Positions 36,664-45,578 of a DNA stretch of 64,000 nucleotides are shown here, in pieces; positions within the stretch are counted from its first letter, which is position 1; the number at the start of each line of letters is the position of its first letter. The stretch is from positions 1-64,000 of the IMG/VR virus record IMGVR_UViG_3300032334_001433. One strand, given 5' to 3'. The notes below the pieces were generated by a model. The model was given only the letters and a program-made list of their open reading frames with translations. It was not told the origin of the DNA and made no database searches. The position numbers and the translations under genes are program-made. Source of the DNA: a virus. Its lineage: Duplodnaviria > Caudoviricetes.

Positions 36664-37642
36664 GAAAGCTTCTAGTAGATTGACTGACGAAAGACAATCA
36701 TTTAAACCATTTAACTATCCATGGGCATATGATGCTTGGTTGAAGCATGAGCAATCTCACTGGCTTCATACAGAAGTACCTATGTTGGAAGATGTTAAGG
36801 ATTGGAAAAACAAACTAACAGATTCCGAAAAACATTTTCTTACTAACATTTTCCGTTTCTTTACTCAAGGTGATATTGACGTTGCTGGCGGCTATGTAAA
36901 TAATTACTTGCCCTACTTCCCACAACCTGAAGTACGAATGATGTTATTAGGATTTGCTGCAAGAGAAGCATTGCACATTGCAGCATATTCCCATCTTATC
37001 GAATCACTTGGTATGCCAGAAAGCACATACAATGAGTTTATGGAATATCAGGAAATGAAGGACAAGCATGAGTATGTGTTGGATTTATCCCAAAAGAACT
37101 CGACAAAAGAGAATACAGCAACGCACATCGCAGTATTCTCAGCATTCACCGAAGGTATGCAATTGTTTAGTTCTTTCATTATGTTATTGAACTTTCCACG
37201 TAATGGAAACATGAAAGGCATGGGTCAAATTGTTACTTGGTCTATTGTAGATGAAACAATGCACGCTGAGAACATGATTAAGTTGTTTAGAACATATATC
37301 GAAGAGAACAAAGAAATTTGGAACGATGATCTAAAAGGCAAAATTTATTCTATTGCTGAAAAGATGGTTGAGCTTGAAGATAAGTTTATTGATCTAGCAT
37401 TTAGCATGGGTGAGATGAAAAATCTTACATCCGAAGAAGTCAAAAAGTATATTCGTTATATTGCTGATCGTAGATTAATTTCATTAGGTCTAAAAGGCAT
37501 CTTTAAAGTTAAACGTAATCCATTGCCGTGGGTTGAGGAAATGATTAATGCTCCTACACATACTAATTTCTTTGAGCAACGTGTAACTGATTATGCTAAA
37601 GGATCCTTGTCTGGTTCATGGGAAGAGGTCTGGGCAAAATGA
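36656..37642 (+). CDS. nrdB: ribonucleotide reductase beta subunit
   Basis: FFTQGD, REALH, FTEG..LFSSF, DETMH, NFFE. Confidence 0.97.
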   Translation: MIKKASSRLTDERQSFKPFNYPWAYDAWLKHEQSHWLHTEVPMLEDVKDWKNKLTDSEKHFLTNIFRFFTQGDIDVAGGYVNNYLPYFPQPEVRMMLLGFAAREALHIAAYSHLIESLGMPESTYNEFMEYQEMKDKHEYVLDLSQKNSTKENTATHIAVFSAFTEGMQLFSSFIMLLNFPRNGNMKGMGQIVTWSIVDETMHAENMIKLFRTYIEENKEIWNDDLKGKIYSIAEKMVELEDKFIDLAFSMGEMKNLTSEEVKKYIRYIADRRLISLGLKGIFKVKRNPLPWVEEMINAPTHTNFFEQRVTDYAKGSLSGSWEEVWAK

Positions 37643-37815
37643 GCAATGAAAAGGTGATAACGTTCGTAGATAAAAGACGAGCAATTTGTAATGAATGTGA
37701 GTTTAAAGAAAAGATTATTGGCGCAGACATTTGTTCAAAATGTGGATGTGCTATATGGGGTAAGGTGAGATTGAGCGGACAAAAATGTCCAGAAGGAAAA
37801 TGGCATGCCGAATAA
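37639..37815 (+). CDS. small Cys-rich (zinc-binding) protein
   Basis: RRAICNEC...CSKCGC...K.RL....CP.GKW; ATGA overlap. Confidence 0.75.
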   Translation: MSNEKVITFVDKRRAICNECEFKEKIIGADICSKCGCAIWGKVRLSGQKCPEGKWHAE

Positions 37816-38272
37816 ATTTGATGATGCACATATGAAGGTTGCAGAGACCTATGCTAAGTTATCTTCTGCAGGTAGATTGAAGGTTGGAGCAATTATTGTT
37901 AAAGATGATAGAATCATTAGCATTGGGTACAATGGTACACCTGCTGGTTGGGATAATGCGTGTGAGGATATAACTTCAGAAGATTCTTCGTATATAATTG
38001 ATCCTGGCGGTCCGGAATATCAAATGCGGGTAATTGGTACAAAGACAAAACCAGAAGTTATCCATGCTGAAATGAATGCTATTGGTAAACTTGCTAAATC
38101 TGCAGAGTCTGGTAATCAGGCAACAATGTACATCACCCATGCGCCATGTTTTGAATGTGCTAAGCTTATACATATTGCAGGTATAAAGAAAGTATTTTAT
38201 CGCGAGCAATATAGAAGCACCGAAGGTTTAGAATTTTTAAATAAATGTACTATTGATGTGGAGAAGATATGA
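37805..38272 (+). CDS. cd: dCMP deaminase
   Basis: VGAIIV, GYNGTP, HAEMNA, PCFEC. Confidence 0.93.
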   Translation: MPNKFDDAHMKVAETYAKLSSAGRLKVGAIIVKDDRIISIGYNGTPAGWDNACEDITSEDSSYIIDPGGPEYQMRVIGTKTKPEVIHAEMNAIGKLAKSAESGNQATMYITHAPCFECAKLIHIAGIKKVFYREQYRSTEGLEFLNKCTIDVEKI

Positions 38273-38769
38273 AAACAGAAAATTTAAGAATTGGTTTTGT
38301 TGCATCAACTTTTGATTTGTTCCACGCAGGGCATGTCATTATGCTTGAAGAAGCAAAGAGACAATGCGATTATTTAATTGCAGCAATACAACTTGATCCT
38401 ACATTGGATCGTCCAACAAAGAATAAACCTGTACAATCTATTATTGAAAGACAGATTCAAGTTTCATCATGCAAACACGTTGATGAGATTATTGTTTATT
38501 CTACAGAAAAAGAACTTGAAGATATTTTAATGTCATTGCCAATAGACGTTAGAATATTGGGAGAGGAATATAAAGACAAAGAGTTTACTGGCAAAGACAT
38601 TTGCATTAAACGTAAAATAGATCTATACTATAATAAAAGAGATCACTTCTTTAGCTCGTCTGACCTTCGTCTAAGAGTTTACGAAGCAGAATCAAAGAAA
38701 CGAGGAGAACCCGAGGCATGCCAAAAAGCAAACACGAATGCGTCGAATGTGACGCAATCTTCACGATAA
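38269..38769 (+). CDS. TagD-like (glycerol-3-phosphate) cytidylyltransferase
   Basis: STFDLFHAGH (HxGH), ER, R.H.FSSS.LR. Confidence 0.85.
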   Translation: MKTENLRIGFVASTFDLFHAGHVIMLEEAKRQCDYLIAAIQLDPTLDRPTKNKPVQSIIERQIQVSSCKHVDEIIVYSTEKELEDILMSLPIDVRILGEEYKDKEFTGKDICIKRKIDLYYNKRDHFFSSSDLRLRVYEAESKKRGEPEACQKANTNASNVTQSSR

Positions 38770-38873
38770 GCCATCAACTAGATGAGACTTATTATGAGGT
38801 AACAAACTGTCCTTTCTGCGGTGCAGAAATAGAACATGATGACCAGGACGATGACGACGAAGAATTGTCCTAA
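38718..38873 (+). CDS. small zinc-ribbon protein (not in ORF track)
   Basis: MPKSKHECVECDA...NCPFCGAEI + acidic tail; GAGGAG 10 nt upstream. Confidence 0.7.
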   Translation: MPKSKHECVECDAIFTISHQLDETYYEVTNCPFCGAEIEHDDQDDDDEELS

Positions 38874-39189
38874 ATGTGGTATCGAACATAAAAAGCCTGG
38901 GAAATTTTGTTCCCGGGCTTGTGCCAATTCCAGAGAATGGAAAGATGAGCATAAACAACTATTCTCTGAACGGCAAGCAGCCTACATGGCAAGAGAAGAA
39001 TCTGAAGAACACAGAGCAAAGAAATCTATTCAAACCAAAATGCTTGTTAAAGCTGGCATTATGGGAACAGGAGAAGCGACGGAAGATCCTGAAGATGTGA
39101 TGACAAACCCGGATGATTATTTCTTTGTTCCTCCAAGGGATGAGGGTGATAGTTTTTCTGATGGAAATGACTATTGGGAGACCGTATAA
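38851..39189 (+). CDS. hypothetical protein with N-terminal Cys motif
   Basis: CPKC...KFCSRACANSR. Confidence 0.7.
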   Translation: MTTKNCPKCGIEHKKPGKFCSRACANSREWKDEHKQLFSERQAAYMAREESEEHRAKKSIQTKMLVKAGIMGTGEATEDPEDVMTNPDDYFFVPPRDEGDSFSDGNDYWETV

Positions 39190-39192
39190 ATA
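39185..39192 (+). promoter_or_regulatory. T4-type late promoter
   Basis: Exact TATAAATA 21 nt before ATG 39214. Confidence 0.75.
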
Positions 39193-39213
39193 CTAATTTA
39201 AATTGGTATTTAA

Positions 39214-39615
39214 ATGTGGTTATATAAGAACAAAGAATTAGAAGTAATTCCAGATGATGCATATGGGTATGTTTATCTGATTACTAACACTATTACTAAT
39301 CGTAGATATATAGGTAAAAAACTATTTTGGTTTAGAAAAACTAAAGTAGTTAAAGGTAAAAAGAAAAGATTAAAGGTAGAATCAGATTGGAGAGATTATT
39401 GGTCTTCATCTGATGAGTTAAAAGCTGATGTATTAAAGCACGGCGAAGATAATTTTGTTAGAGAAATATTGCATATATGTCCAAATAAAGGATTATGCAA
39501 TTACCTTGAAGCTAGGGAGCAGATGGATAGGAGAGTATTGGAATCGGAAGATTATTATAACGGTCAGATACAATGCAGAATTCATCGTACTCATATTAAA
39601 AACTTAAAAAGTTAA
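39214..39615 (+). CDS. GIY-YIG family nuclease (Seg-like)
   Basis: GYVYLITN...YIGKK, Y.SS, F.REIL, E, YYN. Confidence 0.8.
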   Translation: MWLYKNKELEVIPDDAYGYVYLITNTITNRRYIGKKLFWFRKTKVVKGKKKRLKVESDWRDYWSSSDELKADVLKHGEDNFVREILHICPNKGLCNYLEAREQMDRRVLESEDYYNGQIQCRIHRTHIKNLKS

Positions 39616-39625
39616 AGGGGACAAA

Positions 39626-39742
39626 ATGTTAGATACCTTATTTTGGATAGGAATTGGCGCATTCGTTGGTTGGAATTTTCCTCAACCTTTTTGGGCAAAA
39701 GCAATTCAAGCAAAGATGCAAGAAACGTTTAGCAAAAAATGA
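39626..39742 (+). CDS. 38-aa membrane peptide (not in ORF track)
   Basis: AAGGGG SD, MLDTLFWIGIGAFVGWNFPQPFWAK; ATGA overlap with next gene. Confidence 0.65.
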   Translation: MLDTLFWIGIGAFVGWNFPQPFWAKAIQAKMQETFSKK

Positions 39743-40389
39743 AACCGACAATTGCTATTTTTGTAAAACATCCAGAATGCTCATTGGATTCTGCGAATGG
39801 TATAAGAATAGCATTGTCTTCAGAATATAATGTTAGAACATTTTCAGTAGGTGATATTAAACCTAGTTTGTTTAAGGGTTTAGATGTTATTGCTTTTCCT
39901 GGCGGTATAGGAGATGCAGACAAATATTATAATTTTATTGGTCGCAAAGCCGGCAATATGATTGAAGATTTTATTGACGATGGCGGACATTATCTTGGCA
40001 TTTGTATGGGTGCTTATTGGGCAGGCCATCATTACTTGGATATACTAGACGGAGTAAAATGCGAACAGTATATAAAAAGAAAAACCAGCGATATAAAACG
40101 CAGTTACAGTACAATCGCAACTGTCAATTGGAATGGGCAATCAGAAGATATGTTCTTTTATGATGGGTGCGCATTAATTGGTGACGAGAGAAAATTTAAA
40201 ACTATTGCTCGATATTGTAATGGTGATCCAATGGCAATAATTCAAAATAGAATAGGTATCATAGGTTGCCATCCTGAGAGCACCAAACACTGGTACGAAA
40301 AACCCTACGAATACATTAATAAATATTGGCACAAGGGATCTCATCACGATCTATTATTAGATTTTACTAATACACTAATACAAAAATGA
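39739..40389 (+). CDS. class I glutamine amidotransferase-like (BPL_N-type) protein
   Basis: FPGG, GG.YLGICMGAY nucleophile elbow, GCHPE. Confidence 0.8.
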   Translation: MKPTIAIFVKHPECSLDSANGIRIALSSEYNVRTFSVGDIKPSLFKGLDVIAFPGGIGDADKYYNFIGRKAGNMIEDFIDDGGHYLGICMGAYWAGHHYLDILDGVKCEQYIKRKTSDIKRSYSTIATVNWNGQSEDMFFYDGCALIGDERKFKTIARYCNGDPMAIIQNRIGIIGCHPESTKHWYEKPYEYINKYWHKGSHHDLLLDFTNTLIQK

Positions 40390-41144
40390 TAATTACCGGC
40401 GGAATAGTTTTAACTCAAGGTATGTTGCTCGCGCCAGGGCCTTTGCCTGCAAGTATAAGTGCGCCATTAGTATTTGATTTGGATGCTGCTAATTTTTCTG
40501 CAGCACCGATCACTGGTTCAAAAGATGCTACAGGAACTTATACACTAACAGTGAATAATTCAAGTTCTACAATTGGTTGGAGTAGCAGCAATGGAGGTAT
40601 GTTTACCAAAAGCGCTAGCATAGCAACAGATAATATTGTAGTAGGCCCCAATACTACTAATGCAAATTATTCCGTATTCATGGCATATCAACCACAAAAC
40701 ATTTCTAGTGGTGGGCAAGGGCGAATATTATCTACAAACTCTGGACAAGATTGGTTACTAGGAACCTATGCGCCTGCTCCGGGAAGCGGAACAGTTTATA
40801 TGAATGTATACTACCCAGGCAGTGAGGTTTGGTTATCGCACGATCCTGCAGATGCAAACTGGCATTTTATCTGGGCAACATATAATTATACTACCGGTGT
40901 TGCAAATCTTTATATTGCATCATCTACAGTTAATAATACAATAGGGCCAACTGCAGTATATAAAACAACAACTTTTTCTGCCAGTAGTAATAGAGGATTT
41001 AATCAGTTTCTACTATGGTGCAGACCAGGGCCAAGCGAACCGGGTCAAGCAAATATTGGTTTTATTAAATCATATAGCGGGCCATTAACACTTACAGATA
41101 TACAAAATCTTTGGTCTCAATATCATAATAGATTTGGAATTTAA
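40386..41144 (+). CDS. lectin/LamG-like protein
   Basis: LVFDLDAAN, YSVFMAY, WHF...TY, IGFIKSY..PLT..DI.NL. Confidence 0.7.
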   Translation: MIITGGIVLTQGMLLAPGPLPASISAPLVFDLDAANFSAAPITGSKDATGTYTLTVNNSSSTIGWSSSNGGMFTKSASIATDNIVVGPNTTNANYSVFMAYQPQNISSGGQGRILSTNSGQDWLLGTYAPAPGSGTVYMNVYYPGSEVWLSHDPADANWHFIWATYNYTTGVANLYIASSTVNNTIGPTAVYKTTTFSASSNRGFNQFLLWCRPGPSEPGQANIGFIKSYSGPLTLTDIQNLWSQYHNRFGI

Positions 41145-41876
41145 ATGATAATTCAAAATGTTACTTTTATAAACGGAAGCACATTGAGCCCGTCTTCGAC
41201 AGTGCAAGTATCTGCAATAGGATCTATTGCAAGTACAGTAAGTCCCACGTTAAATGGTACTACTACAACTAGTAGTAATCCATATTCAGGTATAACTGCA
41301 AATAGTTATAATATGAATGGCACGAGTAACTATCTTAGTATACCTGCTAGCTCAAATTGGGCATTTGGTACTGGAGATTTTACTGTGGAATGGTGGCAAT
41401 ATATGACAAGTCAACCTTCAAATCCTCGAGTATTTGCTGTAGGAAATTATCCTTCCACTTCTATCGGTGTCAGTATTGAAGGGGGTGCTTTTTATGTTTG
41501 GGAAGTTAATGGTTATAGATTCAGTTTTTCTCTAACATCTTATTTAAATAATTGGATACATTTTGCAATATCTAGAGTAAATAATTTTACTTCGATATAT
41601 AGGAATGGTACTAGAATAGGAGCATCTTATTCTGATAACAATAATATTACAAATAGTACCACATCTCTCAGTATTGGCCAAGAAAGTACCGCATCATCTA
41701 ACAGTTACTTCCCGGGATACATAACTAGTTTTAGAATATGTAAGGGACTTGGTGTTTATACTGGCAATTTTACTGTGCCTACAAGCCAATTAGGACAAAC
41801 TCAAAGCGCAAATCCATACGGCGGCGCCAACACTTCAGTGATCACAAACCAATGTGTTCTATTATTAAACCCTTAG
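41145..41876 (+). CDS. LamG-like protein
   Basis: FGTGDFTVEWW, WIHFAISR, YFPGYITSFRI.KG..VYTGNF; N-tag MIIQNVTFING. Confidence 0.8.
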   Translation: MIIQNVTFINGSTLSPSSTVQVSAIGSIASTVSPTLNGTTTTSSNPYSGITANSYNMNGTSNYLSIPASSNWAFGTGDFTVEWWQYMTSQPSNPRVFAVGNYPSTSIGVSIEGGAFYVWEVNGYRFSFSLTSYLNNWIHFAISRVNNFTSIYRNGTRIGASYSDNNNITNSTTSLSIGQESTASSNSYFPGYITSFRICKGLGVYTGNFTVPTSQLGQTQSANPYGGANTSVITNQCVLLLNP

Positions 41877-41885
41877 GATTTTATT

Positions 41886-42200
41886 ATGGATTTTTTTGAA
41901 ATACTATTAGCAATTGCATTTTTCTTTTTGCTAGTAAATTACATATCAACCACACGCAGAAGAGTGATGTTCATGTATAAAATGCATGAAGCTATGGAAC
42001 AGACCAGGGAACAGATTAGATTATGCTCTATAGAAAAGCACGGAGACATACTCTATCTATGGTCAAAAGATGGAAATACCTTTATTACTCAAGGTAGAAC
42101 ATTGGATGAGATTAGAGCAAATTGTCTAACTTATTTTCCAGAAGATAAGTTTATTATTGAAGATTCGCAAAACTTACTTGAACCCACACCATCAGTGTAG
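41886..42200 (+). CDS. hypothetical membrane-anchored protein
   Basis: N-terminal TM; F..QG.TLDE motif. Confidence 0.65.
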   Translation: MDFFEILLAIAFFFLLVNYISTTRRRVMFMYKMHEAMEQTREQIRLCSIEKHGDILYLWSKDGNTFITQGRTLDEIRANCLTYFPEDKFIIEDSQNLLEPTPSV

Positions 42201-42206
42201 ATATAA

Positions 42207-42240
42207 AGCATACTATCATAAAAGGTAGTATTGTTTTTAA
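42207..42240. terminator. intrinsic terminator between convergent operons
   Basis: ATACTATC-ataaaa-GGTAGTAT stem followed by TGTTTTT. Confidence 0.6.
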
Positions 42241-42248
42241 TTTTTTTA

Positions 42249-42764
42249 TCATGTAAATATCTTTGGTTCTTTACAACCAATTACTTTATCTAAAATATCA
42301 ATAGTGTCCATGATATAACCTTTGTGCATGATGGCAATACCGTTGCCCTTCTCATGCCAATCGACGATGTTTGAATACTTGTCGTCAATTAGGATATCTC
42401 CAGGGCGGCACCATTTCCATTTGTCTGTACTAAAAGGTCCAAAGTTTACTACAAATCCTGGAAAATATTTAGCAACCCAATCTTTTTTATCTTCCATGGC
42501 ATAAGGTACAGTATCTTTTCTTGGGATTGCTGTTAAGAACTCTACATTATACTTCGGAGTGATACCTTTACAGTATCCAACCAAAGTAGTAGCACCTTCC
42601 ATTAAAGGAAGATTGTAGTATAGTCTATACTCGGATGCTATTATTTTCCATTCTTCGGGTGAGATACTTCGGTCTGTCCAAAGTACTGTCCTACCCAGAA
42701 TTTTACTAACGTGTTCACTGAAGCCTGCTACGACTTCATCTAAGTCAATATAAATTGTGTTCAT
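42249..42764 (-). CDS. 5'(3')-deoxyribonucleotidase (HAD, NT5C-like)
   Basis: IYIDLDEVV, FLTA, K..WV, ILIDD, W...G.AI. Confidence 0.85.
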   Translation of the reverse strand: MNTIYIDLDEVVAGFSEHVSKILGRTVLWTDRSISPEEWKIIASEYRLYYNLPLMEGATTLVGYCKGITPKYNVEFLTAIPRKDTVPYAMEDKKDWVAKYFPGFVVNFGPFSTDKWKWCRPGDILIDDKYSNIVDWHEKGNGIAIMHKGYIMDTIDILDKVIGCKEPKIFT

Positions 42765-43036
42765 ACTATTCTTCTTAAAGTTCTTACTTGTTCATCTGGC
42801 ATAATACAAACTCTTGCTATAATTTCTTTAGTAAAAGTATTTGGATCATCTCTTAAATTAATCTCAATCAAATTATTATCCAACATATAAAGCGCAATCT
42901 GGTTGGCAATATTTCGTTGTATAGCTCTTTTTAAATCTGAATCACTATTTGCTCTTACAATTGTGTGATGAGAAAGTTGTTCTCTGTAAACAACAAGTTT
43001 GCCCCCAACTGGAACATCTACTATTTTTATATTCAT
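42761..43036 (-). CDS. hypothetical protein
   Basis: In tightly packed minus-strand operon. Confidence 0.6.
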   Translation of the reverse strand: MNIKIVDVPVGGKLVVYREQLSHHTIVRANSDSDLKRAIQRNIANQIALYMLDNNLIEINLRDDPNTFTKEIIARVCIMPDEQVRTLRRIV

Positions 43037-43037
43037 A

Positions 43038-43193
43038 TTAATTCAATGGATCATTTGAATGATAATACATAAACAATTTTAGATAGTAATCAAATTGCGC
43101 AGGATAATGTACGGGAGAAGGTATCTTATCGCCAAACACTTCCTTCATCTTTTTAGCAATAAGTTGCAATTGTTCCTCAGTTACATTATCCAT
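43038..43193 (-). CDS. 51-aa hypothetical protein (not in ORF track)
   Basis: MDNVTEEQL...FGDKIPSPVHYPAQFDYYLKLF fills operon gap. Confidence 0.6.
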   Translation of the reverse strand: MDNVTEEQLQLIAKKMKEVFGDKIPSPVHYPAQFDYYLKLFMYYHSNDPLN

Positions 43194-43407
43194 GTATTCT
43201 CATTATCCTATTATAATTTTTTCTACTCTCTTCTAGATTAAAAGAAGATTCTACATTGGTTATTTCTTTTAATACGGGGTGCAGTAATTTGGCATTCAAT
43301 CTTTTAGACATTGTTTCAATAACAACATTCGCATCTTTACCTGCTCTAATTTCTTTTAGAGCTTTGTCTAATTCTTTAGATTGTACTTGCTCTATCCAGC
43401 CACTCAT
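43186..43407 (-). CDS. stand-alone glutamyl-tRNA reductase (HemA) dimerisation-domain-like protein
   Basis: EQV...KAL....G.DA......(K/R)L..(K/R)L(L/I)H...K matches HemA C-terminus by eye. Confidence 0.6.
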   Translation of the reverse strand: MSGWIEQVQSKELDKALKEIRAGKDANVVIETMSKRLNAKLLHPVLKEITNVESSFNLEESRKNYNRIMRIHG

Positions 43408-43607
43408 TTAAAGTAACGGTTAATAGTCAGTAGCTTTGTCTCGCATTGTGCCATTGCTTCTAATTCTTTATAGAATGCGCCCATAATATCCGCAGAAGCA
43501 TTGCCTAAAGGATGGCTGATTACAATCTCAGCATTTAGCCGATGACTTTCCAATTCAGCTTCAAGCCTACGTTTTGTTGTAGCAACAATATCATTTCTAA
43601 AATCCAT
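43404..43607 (-). CDS. hypothetical protein
   Basis: Operon packing, ATGA overlap. Confidence 0.6.
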   Translation of the reverse strand: MDFRNDIVATTKRRLEAELESHRLNAEIVISHPLGNASADIMGAFYKELEAMAQCETKLLTINRYFK

Positions 43608-43614
43608 AGTATTC

Positions 43615-43863
43615 CTAGTATTCTTCTAATCGACGTTTAATGTCTTTGTGTTTAACTACGATAATGTTTCTAACGACACCATCGTTTTTGATAGGTAGAT
43701 CAAGATGTATTGTTACTTCAGGTCCATCATTTTCATTGACAAATCTATCATTGCCTACACTACCGATGAAAGGTATCTTGTTATAATAACCAAATACTCT
43801 ATCACCGATATCGTAAGTATGCTTATATGCCTTAGCTTCAAAATAATTTGTCTGCCAGCCCAT
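43615..43863 (-). CDS. hypothetical protein
   Basis: Operon packing. Confidence 0.65.
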   Translation of the reverse strand: MGWQTNYFEAKAYKHTYDIGDRVFGYYNKIPFIGSVGNDRFVNENDGPEVTIHLDLPIKNDGVVRNIIVVKHKDIKRRLEEY

Positions 43864-44362
43864 CTTTAGCTCTCCAAATAGAGATTGATTCCGTCAATGC
43901 CTGCTCAACAAATTCATTGAATGTAATATCCAACTTATGTGCAGCCTTCATCATAAACAGTAACTCGTCATCTGGAATATTAACAGACATTAGTACTCGT
44001 GTATCATAATCTAGACCATGAATAATAGCGTTTGCTTTTTCTGCAAAGTCTTCGTATAAATCAAGATCGATAAACTTTACATCATCATACGCAGCATCTT
44101 CAATGCCTCGAGTTTTGCATTCATCAAAGTATGCATCTTTAAATTTTTCATTAAAGATACGATATGAACGTCTATTAATAAAATCATGCGCTTCCATGAC
44201 AAATACGGTTTGATCTTCAGTATCATACATGACAGATACTTCATATTGTTCGAGCGCGCTGCTAGTTAGACTATATGCATTGTCGCCGAAGCAACGCCAC
44301 ATATAATTCGACCCTTCTCCAATCTTATATTCAACCAACTCAAAGTAATCTTGTAGTGTCAT
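43838..44362 (-). CDS. hypothetical protein (C-terminal ribbon-helix-helix/HicB-like segment possible)
   Basis: 174 aa with SD; AAH.LDITFN.FVE.AL. Confidence 0.7.
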   Translation of the reverse strand: MTLQDYFELVEYKIGEGSNYMWRCFGDNAYSLTSSALEQYEVSVMYDTEDQTVFVMEAHDFINRRSYRIFNEKFKDAYFDECKTRGIEDAAYDDVKFIDLDLYEDFAEKANAIIHGLDYDTRVLMSVNIPDDELLFMMKAAHKLDITFNEFVEQALTESISIWRAKDGLADKLF

Positions 44363-44370
44363 AATATATC

Positions 44371-44517
44371 CTATTTGTTATTTAGCAAATCCTGCATATC
44401 TTTAAGCAATGGACGCATTTCATCCTTCACATTGGCCTCAACCATTCTTGCGAATAATTGCACTGCATCATAATCAAATGATGTTCCGTCACACGCTAAT
44501 CCAGCTTGTATTGCCAT
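44371..44517 (-). CDS. 48-aa hypothetical protein (not in track)
   Basis: MAIQAGL...QLFARMV fills operon gap. Confidence 0.5.
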   Translation of the reverse strand: MAIQAGLACDGTSFDYDAVQLFARMVEANVKDEMRPLLKDMQDLLNNK

Positions 44518-44521
44518 TTCA

Positions 44522-44785
44522 TCAATTTTCTCGTTCGTCATCTATTTCCTCATCTATAATCTCAGCATCTTCTAACTTAACTATATTAAGGTACCCGGCT
44601 GGCTCTCTGCTCATGTAACAATCATCGTACTCCCGTACATAAGGAACTACTTCACCTACAAGTTTACTGTACCACATTAAAGAATCCGAGCATTTAAGAA
44701 TCTTTAATGATCGTTTAATTACTGGTAGTTTGAGAGTAGGGGCTTCCATATCTTCAATCTGAGTTTTGCGCCAGCCTTGTGCCAT
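44522..44785 (-). CDS. hypothetical protein
   Basis: LKI.KC.D...WY..LVG...Y.SREPAGY.NIV. Confidence 0.65.
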   Translation of the reverse strand: MAQGWRKTQIEDMEAPTLKLPVIKRSLKILKCSDSLMWYSKLVGEVVPYVREYDDCYMSREPAGYLNIVKLEDAEIIDEEIDDEREN

Positions 44786-44789
44786 AATA

Positions 44790-45014
44790 TTAGAAACTTA
44801 AAATAGATTTTTTCTGATTAAGCATTGAAACAACTTTGTCAAGTGGTTCAGTTACTTCCCATGTACCGTGTGGAGGACAGAAGATAAAGGTGCGGAGTTC
44901 CGTCACTTCATCTACAGTTACCTCACTAGAGTGAATGGTAGCAATCAAATCTGAATTGATTGCGATTTTGTTTCCGCGATGCGCAGCGGTTGCGTTTGTC
45001 AAAGTAATATACAT
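44790..45014 (-). CDS. hypothetical protein (FlbD-like hairpin motif possible)
   Basis: ATG 45014 MYITLTN...IAIN.DLIATI...WEV.E....V. Confidence 0.6.
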   Translation of the reverse strand: MYITLTNATAAHRGNKIAINSDLIATIHSSEVTVDEVTELRTFIFCPPHGTWEVTEPLDKVVSMLNQKKSILSF

Positions 45015-45015
45015 T

Positions 45016-45363
45016 TTATTCCCAAGTTCTATGTGTTTCTGTAATGTGTTCACACCCGTCGTATTCTTCAATATACCATTCTACGTCATCGGGTATTTCC
45101 ACAACTTTTAAATCGGCATAAGCTCCGCTGGCCATATGTTTCAACTCCTCGACAACTTGTACAAGATACTTGTCGTCACGATCAAGATTGCCTTCATAGA
45201 AAAAGTGAGTATTATCTACACGACCTTCTTCATAGAAAAAAGATGCCCCATTTTTAGTTTCAGTCTTAACGAGATTCAACCCAGCAAGCTCACCATACCG
45301 AACTACAGCATCATCGGATAACCCGAATCCGCCATAGCATTTATTTATAACGATTTTTTTCAT
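45016..45363 (-). CDS. conserved phage hypothetical protein
   Basis: KIVINKCYGGFGLS...R.D..LVQVVE.L...A.G..A.LKVVEIP..VEW.I.EYDG.E. Confidence 0.8.
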   Translation of the reverse strand: MKKIVINKCYGGFGLSDDAVVRYGELAGLNLVKTETKNGASFFYEEGRVDNTHFFYEGNLDRDDKYLVQVVEELKHMASGAYADLKVVEIPDDVEWYIEEYDGCEHITETHRTWE

Positions 45364-45578
45364 ACTATTTTACCTAACACTTTGTAGATTAATTTATCCA
45401 ACTCTGTTTGGTAATCGTTGTTACCCATTCGACGCTTCATCCAGATTTTTTCAAGCAATTCCTTTGGACCCTCAGGAAGATCATCTGGCATTGCGTCTCG
45501 AGATTCAAGCTCATCAATTAGATCCTGAGTATCAAAATCAGATAAGTCAACTTCTACTTCTGTAGTAACGTAAGCCAT
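45360..45578 (-). CDS. hypothetical protein
   Basis: EVDLSDFDT.DLIDELESR. Confidence 0.65.
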   Translation of the reverse strand: MAYVTTEVEVDLSDFDTQDLIDELESRDAMPDDLPEGPKELLEKIWMKRRMGNNDYQTELDKLIYKVLGKIV

